Shown here piece by piece: positions 38,030 through 46,699 of a stretch of DNA of 64,000 nucleotides. Origin of the DNA: a virus (lineage: Duplodnaviria > Caudoviricetes); IMG/VR virus record IMGVR_UViG_3300032038_000001, positions 96,001 to 160,000 of that record. One strand, 5' to 3'. The notes beneath the pieces are model-generated. The model made no database searches. It saw nothing but the letters and a program-made list of their open reading frames with translations, and had not been told where the DNA came from. Every line of letters begins with the position of its first letter. Positions within the stretch are counted from its first letter, which is position 1. Both the position numbers and the translations under genes were made by a program.

Positions 38030-38904
38030 TGGCAAACTATCAAGGTATTGATGTATCAGTACATAATGGTTATGTTGATTATTCAAAGGTTAAATCAAGT
38101 AAATCATTTGTAATGATTCGTGCAGGATATGGTAAATATATTTCTCAGAAAGATGCTAGATTTGAAGAGAACTACAAGAATGCTAAGGCTAATGGATTAC
38201 ATGTAGGAGCATACTGGTATAGCTATGCACATACTGTTGCAGATGCTGTCCAAGAAGCTAAGATATTCCTTCAGGCAATCGCTGGTAAACAGTTTGATAT
38301 GCCTATTGCATTTGATATGGAAGAAAGTTTCCAGGCATCAATGTCATCATCTCTGAAGGCCCAGATTATTGAAGCTTTCTGTAATTATTGTGAGAAGCAG
38401 GGATATTTCGTCCAGCTTTATAGCTATGAATCATTCCTCAATGGTGTACCTGCTGCAACAAGAGCAAAGTATGATGTTTGGTGTGCAAATATAACTAGAA
38501 AGCCTTCTATTACATATGGAATGCATCAATATTCATTTACTGGAAGAGTATCTGGTATTTCAGGTAATGTTGACCTTAATGAAACATCTAAAGACTATCC
38601 GTCTATTATCAAGGGTGCTGGACTGAATGGTTATCCTAAATCATCAACACCTACTAAGAATCCTTCTGTTCTTGATAAAACCGGTTTCAAAAAGGGCGAC
38701 AGTAATGAAGGAACCCTCGCACTGAAGAAACTGCTTAAGATTGCCAAGGCCAAGGGAGTAATAACTCAGTCAGTTGATGACAATCTCGGTTTCGGTGATG
38801 GTACTGAAAAAGCAGTTAACCAGTTCCTTAAGAAGCTTGGTTATAAAGAAAACAGTATTGCTGGTAAGAACTTCATTAATAAACTTTATGATGCTATAAA
38901 GTAA
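38029..38904 (+). CDS. endolysin, GH25 muramidase with C-terminal peptidoglycan-binding domain
   Basis: GIDVSVHNG, IRAGYG, GAYWYSYA, FDME, QYS..G.V.GI.G.VDLN; FGDGTEKAVNQF. Confidence 0.92.
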   Translation: MANYQGIDVSVHNGYVDYSKVKSSKSFVMIRAGYGKYISQKDARFEENYKNAKANGLHVGAYWYSYAHTVADAVQEAKIFLQAIAGKQFDMPIAFDMEESFQASMSSSLKAQIIEAFCNYCEKQGYFVQLYSYESFLNGVPAATRAKYDVWCANITRKPSITYGMHQYSFTGRVSGISGNVDLNETSKDYPSIIKGAGLNGYPKSSTPTKNPSVLDKTGFKKGDSNEGTLALKKLLKIAKAKGVITQSVDDNLGFGDGTEKAVNQFLKKLGYKENSIAGKNFINKLYDAIK

Positions 38905-38980
38905 AAAAAAGAATGCTGTGTAAGATTAAATCTTACACAGCATTCTTTTATTGATCTAAAATAAAGAGATTGCGTATTTT

Positions 38981-39940
38981 CTATATCTTATCTTTTATTC
39001 TTTTATGAATATCATCATATAGTTTGGAATATTTAGAAATATTAACCAATCTCATTAAAAATATATTATTCATTTTAAAATGAATACTATCTCTTTCTTT
39101 AATATTATTAATAAAAATATCTGAATATGTTTTTACTAATGATTTATAATATTTTTTATCATATTCAACTAGCGTATTAAAGAACCATGATATTATAAAC
39201 ATACGTAATGCAAACTCAAATGGAGATGAAAAGCATACACCTTCTTTTCTAAGTGAACTAAATATTTTATCAGATGTATACTTTAAAGCGTGAGGGAGTT
39301 CAAACATAGCATAATTCTTTAATTTATTTTTTTCTTTCATTTTCTTTTTTATATCTTTTATATCGAGTTTTATGTGTATATTTTTTAATATTTTATCTTC
39401 TGAATAAACATCAGTAAAAACAAATGTATTTGGTGTAAAATACACATCAACATATCTACTATGCTCTGGATTCACAAAATATCTTCGCTTATTACCATTA
39501 GCAGATTCTTCATATTTTACACCTTCTGAATATGCATCATATATAAAGTTAATCATATCTTTTCGGTGTTTTATTTCATTAATAGAGTTTTTTATCGATG
39601 AATTCATCTTCCGAAAGTCTGTTTCATCAATTATTGTTTTAAAATCTGATTCAACCAGTGCTATTACAGTATTACCAAGAGTGTCAACAATCATTGGAAC
39701 TGTTTCTATACAATCATCAATCATACTATCTATATATTTTAAATCGTTATCATCAATTTCCATTAATGATGTATCTTTAATAAATTTGTCATAAGCAACA
39801 AGAAGTTCATTCATCTGATTTATTATCGCTTTTATATTTTGTGACAAAATTACTCCTTGGCTATATCCAATATATTCAAAGTTTATTTTCATATAACTAT
39901 TCCCCTTATTATATATAATTAATATCACATTATTTTCCAT
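38981..39940 (-). CDS. hypothetical protein
   Basis: ORF track. Confidence 0.65.
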   Translation of the reverse strand: MENNVILIIYNKGNSYMKINFEYIGYSQGVILSQNIKAIINQMNELLVAYDKFIKDTSLMEIDDNDLKYIDSMIDDCIETVPMIVDTLGNTVIALVESDFKTIIDETDFRKMNSSIKNSINEIKHRKDMINFIYDAYSEGVKYEESANGNKRRYFVNPEHSRYVDVYFTPNTFVFTDVYSEDKILKNIHIKLDIKDIKKKMKEKNKLKNYAMFELPHALKYTSDKIFSSLRKEGVCFSSPFEFALRMFIISWFFNTLVEYDKKYYKSLVKTYSDIFINNIKERDSIHFKMNNIFLMRLVNISKYSKLYDDIHKRIKDKI

Positions 39941-40545
39941 ATATTTTGAAGGATATCACATGTCTCAATCCAATTACGACTGAAATATGTATTTGGTGTA
40001 TTGATCAAATATTCATTATATGGTTGAGCTGCTATTATAACTGGAATAGATTGAGATACATTTAAAATGTGTTTTGGGTCATCATCTACCATGACATCTA
40101 TTGAATTTTCTTCACAAACTTTTCGTTTATCTTTTGCTCCAAAAATTATATCATTATATGGTATTTTATTTTCTTCTAGCCAATCTAATGTATCATGTAC
40201 CATTCTATCCCCAGTATAAGGTATTCCGGGTTTATTATATTTATCATCTCTAGCCGTAATGATAACTATTCTATAGCCTTTACGTGATAAAATTCGTAAA
40301 GCTTCCGATGCCCCTATCTCAACTTCATTGAATTTACAATTCCATGGAAAATATCTAATCATATAAATTTTATACAATTCATCTGAAAAATTAAACATTT
40401 TTTTGACATCGCACTCATCAAGATGTTCTTCACATTTATGATTGAATTCCTTACATAATTCCCTACCGTGTATTATATCATAAAAATGTGCTCTGTTGAT
40501 AGTAGAGTCTATGTCAACACCAATAGATAATTCTAATTTATTCAT
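39925..40545 (-). CDS. HAD-family 5'(3')-nucleotidase
   Basis: IGVDIDSTI, IITAR, MVDDDP, PYN; start set at MNKLEL. Confidence 0.85.
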   Translation of the reverse strand: MNKLELSIGVDIDSTINRAHFYDIIHGRELCKEFNHKCEEHLDECDVKKMFNFSDELYKIYMIRYFPWNCKFNEVEIGASEALRILSRKGYRIVIITARDDKYNKPGIPYTGDRMVHDTLDWLEENKIPYNDIIFGAKDKRKVCEENSIDVMVDDDPKHILNVSQSIPVIIAAQPYNEYLINTPNTYFSRNWIETCDILQNIWKIM

Positions 40546-40879
40546 TTTTATCCGTCCCCTCATCATCAAATATTTTTTCATGAATTTTAAACGGTTTATC
40601 ATCGTATGCTTTAGTATGTTTAAATTCTTCCATACATTTTTTATAGAAATTCCAATTTTCATTTATAGTCTTTACTGACTTTTTATTTTGTATTATTCTT
40701 GAGTTAAACAATCCAATTATTATTGAAAATATAAATAATAACGCTGGAAGAATAATATATGAAATAAAATTCTTAAAAGGATTTATTTTGTGTGCTATAT
40801 TATATATAGTTATTCCTAATGATGATAGAAATGTTATTATCATCACATAGTCTAAAATTTTTGACAATATTTTTCTCAT
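40538..40879 (-). CDS. two-TM membrane protein
   Basis: two hydrophobic helices; RBS aaggag. Confidence 0.65.
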   Translation of the reverse strand: MRKILSKILDYVMIITFLSSLGITIYNIAHKINPFKNFISYIILPALLFIFSIIIGLFNSRIIQNKKSVKTINENWNFYKKCMEEFKHTKAYDDKPFKIHEKIFDDEGTDKNE

Positions 40880-40929
40880 TATTTATTTCTCCTTATAACT
40901 AAAAATATTATAATACTGTAAAAAAATGA

Positions 40930-42252
40930 ATGAAAAACAAATACTTAACTAAGACTTTTTTAGGAGGGGTAAACGTGACGACTTTATCTGAAATGATTTA
41001 TAATAAAGAGCAGGAAGCTGAAATTATTTTTGAAACAGCTACTGATTCACATATAATGTTAGAAAAGCTTTATCCAAAAATAGCAGCAGTACTTAGTACT
41101 CCTCAAGGTGATAAAAAATTTAAACAGTTGATTGGTCAATATATGGATAGAAACAGTGAAAAACTTCATACATCAGGACCTGTTTATTTAATTCCATTCA
41201 CATCGGTTGAAAAGGCACAGTATTGTGATTTGTTTGGTTTAGAATATAAACTTTCAGGAAGTAGTAAAGAACAGAAAATACATATACCTGAAGTTGATAA
41301 ATTAATTGATGATGTAGTTAACTCACTAGGCTCTAAGTCAGACTTTAAACTATTAAAAGGTAACCCGATATTTTGGATATTTTATTGTTGCATAAGATAC
41401 TATCATATCAAGAAAGATCAAAAAGGTCTAAATTCTGCTCTTGCTATTTATGCATTAGCAGATTATCCTGCGGTTTTTAGTTTATTTTTTAAATATGGTG
41501 CGGACGAAGCAGTAATGCAGTATACTATTGATAATCTTACAGAAAAGTTTATCATTAAGCAGCAGGGTCATATATTTGGTGCACTTTTTGTGTCAATACA
41601 AAATTCATATAACTTTTTAAAAGCTTTCATGAATGATGCATCTGATAAAGAAATGATACGATGGATACAGCGTATTCGTAATGACCAGAAGTCAATGATA
41701 AAGAAAATATGCGATCAGTATATGAAAAATCATGCAGCTGGATTACGTGTAACGTTGACGAAAGACACATATAGCGATGAAATGAGAATAGACGTTGATG
41801 AACAAAATAAGACATCATCTGTTGAAGCAGTAGGTCGAAAGATTACTCTTAAAATATTAACACAAGATATAAATTTAAGATTAATTAGTATGGTAGCAAA
41901 AATAAGCGGTGTGTCAATTTCTGAAACTAGATTTTATTTAACTAAGATAATTTCAGATAAATACACTGATGATATTCAAAAATTTATTGAAGCAATTTTA
42001 TTCTTATATCTATACGATGAAAATAAAAAAGCTGAAGATATCAATTCTCGTTATTTTCTACATTGGTCTGAGGACTTGTTTAGAAAGACTAATTCAAATA
42101 ATGATAATATACGCAGAATAAAAGAAACCCTTGATAAATGGGCAGAAGAAGTGGGTGTACATGAAAAATATAGGAGAGAAGCTTCTCGTGTAAATTATAA
42201 AAAAGCGATATTCTTTTATTTTATTTTCTGTATACAAGCATATAATAACTAA
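40930..42252 (+). CDS. probable virion protein (likely start GTG 40975)
   Basis: RBS aggagggg before GTG; late-type promoter at ~40937; IIFE|T site. Confidence 0.7.
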   Translation: MKNKYLTKTFLGGVNVTTLSEMIYNKEQEAEIIFETATDSHIMLEKLYPKIAAVLSTPQGDKKFKQLIGQYMDRNSEKLHTSGPVYLIPFTSVEKAQYCDLFGLEYKLSGSSKEQKIHIPEVDKLIDDVVNSLGSKSDFKLLKGNPIFWIFYCCIRYYHIKKDQKGLNSALAIYALADYPAVFSLFFKYGADEAVMQYTIDNLTEKFIIKQQGHIFGALFVSIQNSYNFLKAFMNDASDKEMIRWIQRIRNDQKSMIKKICDQYMKNHAAGLRVTLTKDTYSDEMRIDVDEQNKTSSVEAVGRKITLKILTQDINLRLISMVAKISGVSISETRFYLTKIISDKYTDDIQKFIEAILFLYLYDENKKAEDINSRYFLHWSEDLFRKTNSNNDNIRRIKETLDKWAEEVGVHEKYRREASRVNYKKAIFFYFIFCIQAYNN

Positions 42253-42399
42253 AAAAATAAAGATTGAGTAAGGGAGATAAAACCCTTACTCAATCTTTTT
42301 ATAACATCAAAGGAAGTAAAAATGTAATGAAAATAAGCATAACTTAAAGTTGTTTCCATCCAATCAATAAGCTTATATCTATGTTGTATAGATATAAAA

Positions 42400-42672
42400 C
42401 TAGAAATTATCACGAGTGTCACAACCATCTTTAGATTCTTTACATATAATGACAATTCTGGCATTATCGCTGTCATAATAGTATTTAAATAACATATATG
42501 CTTTTTCATCTTTATATATGTAATATTGACCTTTAGCACCTACAGATGCAAACTCCTTAATTTCAACCGGAGCAGAAATCCATTCTGATTCTTTCTTTTT
42601 AGCATAATTAAAACCGAAATGTGTAGGATCCTTACATTCTTCAGTACTTAACAAACAAAAAAAATATGACAT
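42400..42672 (-). CDS. hypothetical protein
   Basis: RBS aaggag. Confidence 0.6.
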   Translation of the reverse strand: MSYFFCLLSTEECKDPTHFGFNYAKKKESEWISAPVEIKEFASVGAKGQYYIYKDEKAYMLFKYYYDSDNARIVIICKESKDGCDTRDNF

Positions 42673-42768
42673 AAAAGAAAACTCCTTTCATATTTATTAT
42701 TATAACGTTTCAAATATAAAAAAAATGAGGGGTGTGATGAATAATCACACCCCTCAACAATATTATCA

Positions 42769-42945
42769 TTACTCTGCCGAGGTTATGTCCTCGACAGGAA
42801 TGTCCTGCTTTCTCTTTTCCTCTTTCTCTTTTAATGCGCGGCGCAAACTGTCATAACGCAGAATATGCTCCGCGTTATTCATCGTTGCCTTAGCAATGAT
42901 AACAGTGTTAATAAATATCACCGGTATAGCAATTGTTGTAAACAT
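42769..42945 (-). CDS. 58-aa hypothetical protein (not in ORF track)
   Basis: RBS aaggaggg; MFTTIAIPVIFINTVIIAKATMNNAEHILRYDSLRRALKEKEEKRKQDIPVEDITSAE; terminator at 42727-42755. Confidence 0.6.
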   Translation of the reverse strand: MFTTIAIPVIFINTVIIAKATMNNAEHILRYDSLRRALKEKEEKRKQDIPVEDITSAE

Positions 42946-42951
42946 AATAAG

Positions 42952-43332
42952 TCAACCCTCCTTTCCACCTATGTCTTCTTTTCGTATTTCGCCGCTTTTT
43001 ATAGCAGCTTTTATTTCGGCTGTTACATCACGCCCGTTACGGTTAAAATATCGGGTATGGAACCCGATCTTTTCTCTGTAATATTCGTGCTCGTTCTTTT
43101 CGAACTGAGCACGTCTATCCAACTCGTCAGCCATGCCATACAGCACGGCTGCTGAGAATCCAGCAGCTGCGACAAGAGCCACCGTTGAGACTGTCACCTT
43201 TGTAACGGTCCAGGCTACACTAGCAGCCTTCTTAAACGTAGACTGCTTCTGCTTCTGCTCGTTTGCAACGATCTTAGCGTCTACTACGGGGTTGGTTTTC
43301 TTGTTCGTATCTTTTTTGTTATTCTTTGCCAT
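42952..43332 (-). CDS. single-TM orphan protein downstream of the degenerate leader
   Basis: RBS aaggagg before MAKNNKK; TM segment TVALVAAAGFSAAVLYG. Confidence 0.75.
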   Translation of the reverse strand: MAKNNKKDTNKKTNPVVDAKIVANEQKQKQSTFKKAASVAWTVTKVTVSTVALVAAAGFSAAVLYGMADELDRRAQFEKNEHEYYREKIGFHTRYFNRNGRDVTAEIKAAIKSGEIRKEDIGGKEG

Positions 43333-43430
43333 TTTATATTCCTCCTTTAGATTTTTAATGGCTATTAGGAACATACATGTTTTGCAGTACTATGTAATAT
43401 TCCTTTACTTACACTGAAATATTATATAAT
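43333..43430 (-). promoter_or_regulatory. degenerate fifth copy of the leader element
   Basis: tatataatatttcagtgtaa...ttacat...aacatgtatgttcc...aaggagg. Confidence 0.55.
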
Positions 43431-43493
43431 TATAATATTTATATATGCGCTTTTCTATATACATTCAAATAACACCATCTGAAAAAGGGAGGA

Positions 43494-43796
43494 TTGATTA
43501 TAATGAACCTGATAATGAATATGAAATATTTCAATATTTACTCAGATGGTCATAATCATTTTATAGTTCATAACACTAGGAAAAAATTTTCAGAAGGGCA
43601 TACTCATATAGATAACTTTAATAGTGCTAAGTATATATCATACTTAGCACTATATAAAAAGATACCACAAAAACGTAGACTATCATTATATCTTATTGAA
43701 TCAGTTATACGGTTATCAACTGATAAAGAATATATTGAATCTATGTATGAATTAAAACGTGAGATTATAACTAAAAAAGAAGCAAGGAGAAGTTAA
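43494..43796 (+). CDS. hypothetical protein
   Basis: FIVHNTRKKFSEGHTH; RBS gggagg. Confidence 0.65.
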   Translation: MIIMNLIMNMKYFNIYSDGHNHFIVHNTRKKFSEGHTHIDNFNSAKYISYLALYKKIPQKRRLSLYLIESVIRLSTDKEYIESMYELKREIITKKEARRS

Positions 43797-43813
43797 TCTC
43801 CTTGCTTCTTTTA

Positions 43814-44233
43814 TTACTGATTATTATAAACTCGCCAGCCATTTTGCCAACGCTCATCCTGATACCTTGTTATCAATCCATTATATCCTTTACCTGGAAC
43901 CCAAGTCTCAAAAACGTTACCATTTTCATCTTTTACAACATCATCATTAATGTCATAATAAATGAACTCATTATCGTCAAAAAGATTATGAGTAATACCT
44001 ACGCCAGGATGTTCATATGCAAAAACTAATATATTTACCATACTAGTATTTTCACTGATACTTTCACTGAAATTATATTCATTAAGTTTCTCAGTTATTT
44101 CAGCCTTTTCACGAATGATATCATCAAACGCTTTCTTATCATTGTGAACAAGATGCGAAAGCATAATTAAATCATAATATCTAACTCTAAGTTCAATAAT
44201 ATCTTGAATAGTCTTGTATAAATTAGTTGTCAT
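43814..44233 (-). CDS. hypothetical protein
   Basis: RBS aaggag; late-type promoter. Confidence 0.7.
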   Translation of the reverse strand: MTTNLYKTIQDIIELRVRYYDLIMLSHLVHNDKKAFDDIIREKAEITEKLNEYNFSESISENTSMVNILVFAYEHPGVGITHNLFDDNEFIYYDINDDVVKDENGNVFETWVPGKGYNGLITRYQDERWQNGWRVYNNQ

Positions 44234-44272
44234 CAGACAATTCTCCTTTCACAGAATTTATAGTATTGTTTC

Positions 44273-44833
44273 TTAAAGATATAAACTGTTAAGGACTATA
44301 TCATCTGTGTTTTCAACTGATGCTAAACGTAATGCTGACATCTCTGTATCTGTAAAAATACGGATTTTTCGAAGTTCATTACCGTTATTGCTATATACGA
44401 ATTTATATCCTTCAAGTGATATTATTTCAATGATACCATTACTTTTAAGTGTCATCGTAATATTTAATCCGTACGTACTTTCAATCATATTAAATTCGAT
44501 AACGACTCCATTTTTTACAGGAGTTATATGATCACATAGTACTACATTATTAGTTTCATTAATATTACCTATTTGAGCATGGTAATCATTTATCATACCA
44601 AATTCATAATTAAGAAAACTAATCGTATCAGCAATTAATTCATCTGATGGTTTATCAAAATTAAAATAATTTTGATATTTCTGTTCACGAAGTTTTCTTA
44701 GAAGATTAATGAAATTTTTAACTATAATTCTCACTTGTATCTCACTTCTTTCTATTTGCTTTACGAGATTTTTTAGCAATCTTTTTTCTCTTTTTATTGT
44801 TTTTAAATTTAATAGAGTTTTTACTTCTATCAA
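44273..44833 (-). CDS. hypothetical protein (start uncertain)
   Basis: ORF track. Confidence 0.5.
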   Translation of the reverse strand: MIEVKTLLNLKTIKREKRLLKNLVKQIERSEIQVRIIVKNFINLLRKLREQKYQNYFNFDKPSDELIADTISFLNYEFGMINDYHAQIGNINETNNVVLCDHITPVKNGVVIEFNMIESTYGLNITMTLKSNGIIEIISLEGYKFVYSNNGNELRKIRIFTDTEMSALRLASVENTDDIVLNSLYL

Positions 44834-44933
44834 TGTTTATTAATGCGTTATCATCAGGTTTATTCAAGAAATCATTAATACTTGACGATTCATTTAACAT
44901 TGATAAATACTCGGTATAGTCTCTTTCATTCAT
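44742..44933 (-). CDS. small protein with basic C-terminus
   Basis: RBS aggaggg; KKRKKIAKKSRKANRKK. Confidence 0.6.
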   Translation of the reverse strand: MNERDYTEYLSMLNESSSINDFLNKPDDNALINIDRSKNSIKFKNNKKRKKIAKKSRKANRKK

Positions 44934-44949
44934 ATCAAATTCCCTCCTA

Positions 44950-45459
44950 TTAGGTTATATATATTTCAATAGGATTGCATCCTAAAAATATATTCTCCGA
45001 TAAATAACATTCACCAACAGGTAAACATATATATTTTAATGATGTACAATAAGCAAAAGCCTCTTTATCAATTAACGTACACCCACCTGGTATACTAATA
45101 GCCTCAAGACTCTCACATTTATAGAAAGCACGAGTTCCTATTGATTTGACACTATGAGAAAAATTAACAATTGCCAAGTTTGTACAACCTGAAAATGCTT
45201 CATCAGGTATTGCTAAATATGCATGGGGAAGTTTAATACTTTTCAAGTTTTTCATATTTGAAAAAGTGCCTTCCTCAATAACAGTAACCTCAGACTTAGA
45301 TAAATCAATAGATTCTATTTCATCTTTATAATTATTGAAGCAATTAGAACCCAGTACATCAATTCCTTTAGGTATTAAAATATTTTTAACAGCTTCAATA
45401 GGAAGCCCGGGTTCTATTGTTTCTAATGCTACCTTTCTAGGGCTTAACGTTAAATTCAT
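44950..45459 (-). CDS. BspA-type leucine-rich repeat (LRR_5) protein
   Basis: IPDEAFSGCTNL, SIGTRAFYKCESL, AFAYCTSL. Confidence 0.85.
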   Translation of the reverse strand: MNLTLSPRKVALETIEPGLPIEAVKNILIPKGIDVLGSNCFNNYKDEIESIDLSKSEVTVIEEGTFSNMKNLKSIKLPHAYLAIPDEAFSGCTNLAIVNFSHSVKSIGTRAFYKCESLEAISIPGGCTLIDKEAFAYCTSLKYICLPVGECYLSENIFLGCNPIEIYIT

Positions 45460-45472
45460 TTTTATTTCCTCC

Positions 45473-46036
45473 TTATCGTATATCTCTTATAGATAATCTT
45501 TTATATTCTGGTTCATCTTCACGACTATCCACATTTTTTATGTTATGAATTATAACTTCGGTAATTGTATCAGGGAAGTAGTTAAAGAAATTACCTTTTA
45601 TTTTATTATATAAGTTATTAGACATAGTTACACTTCTCATCCACATATTATCAGCAAAAGCGTTTCTCCCTATATCTATAACTGAATCAGGTAATTCAAT
45701 GCCTAATATCATGGTTCTCGAAAATGCATATTCTCCGATATACTCAATTTTATCGTTGAATTTTACTGCCATAAGTTTATGGCAGTTTATGAACGCACTA
45801 TAATTTATGGTTTTTAAATTCTTAGGCAGTATTACCGATGTTATATAGTGGTCATCTTTAAAACACTCGGCATCTATTTCCTTAATTTCTTCAGGAATTA
45901 TAACATTTGAAGAATCAAGTTTTGGATTATATGTTATACCTCTAAGATGACCTTCACATATATCAAATATATGATTTTCGTGTTTTACTTTAACAGGTTC
46001 TCTGTTATTTTTTACATTAGATTTTTTCATTATCAT
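45473..46036 (-). CDS. BspA-type leucine-rich repeat (LRR_5) protein
   Basis: LPKNLKTINYSAFINCHKL, IGEYAF, LPDSVIDIGRNAF. Confidence 0.85.
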   Translation of the reverse strand: MIMKKSNVKNNREPVKVKHENHIFDICEGHLRGITYNPKLDSSNVIIPEEIKEIDAECFKDDHYITSVILPKNLKTINYSAFINCHKLMAVKFNDKIEYIGEYAFSRTMILGIELPDSVIDIGRNAFADNMWMRSVTMSNNLYNKIKGNFFNYFPDTITEVIIHNIKNVDSREDEPEYKRLSIRDIR

Positions 46037-46622
46037 TCACATTCCTTTTCATGTCTTTTTTTTTCATTGTCATTGTTTGATTGGCTTTACTAATATATGA
46101 AACATAGAAACCGTGTTTCATATATAAATGACGAGCTATTTCATTATCAGTAAATAAATTTAATGATTTAGCACCATACAAATTTATTGCATCATTCATT
46201 AATATATGACCCATTCCATATCCACGATAATCTTCTTCAACATATATAGGTTGAATCCGTTTAGATTTATCTTTAGTTACAAATACGTATCCTATTATTT
46301 CATACAATGATAATTTACCAGATTCAATATACCCAGTAAATTTATAATTCTCATTATTTTCATTATAGTTAACATTAAAGCCGTATATTACATCTGATTT
46401 AATTTTAATATTTTCATCATTTTTTGGAATCACCAAAAATTCACCATCAAAAAATTGAAGGAATTCTTCAAACGACTTTCTTGAGGTATCGTTACATGGA
46501 TAATAATTTACTAAAATTGATTTCCAAAAATTATATCCATGGTCTACTCTTACCCTCATGAAACTAAAATCTATCTCTTTCTTTTTAAAATTTGGGTTAA
46601 GAACACTTTTTTCAGTACTCAT
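46017..46622 (-). CDS. GNAT-family acetyltransferase
   Basis: YVEEDYRGYGMG, DNEIARHLYMKHGF. Confidence 0.85.
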   Translation of the reverse strand: MSTEKSVLNPNFKKKEIDFSFMRVRVDHGYNFWKSILVNYYPCNDTSRKSFEEFLQFFDGEFLVIPKNDENIKIKSDVIYGFNVNYNENNENYKFTGYIESGKLSLYEIIGYVFVTKDKSKRIQPIYVEEDYRGYGMGHILMNDAINLYGAKSLNLFTDNEIARHLYMKHGFYVSYISKANQTMTMKKKDMKRNVNDNEKI

Positions 46623-46699
46623 AATTTAACCATTCCTTTCCAAAAATTTATAAATATGTGACGATGAATATAATCATTCATCGTCACATATTTATTTTT

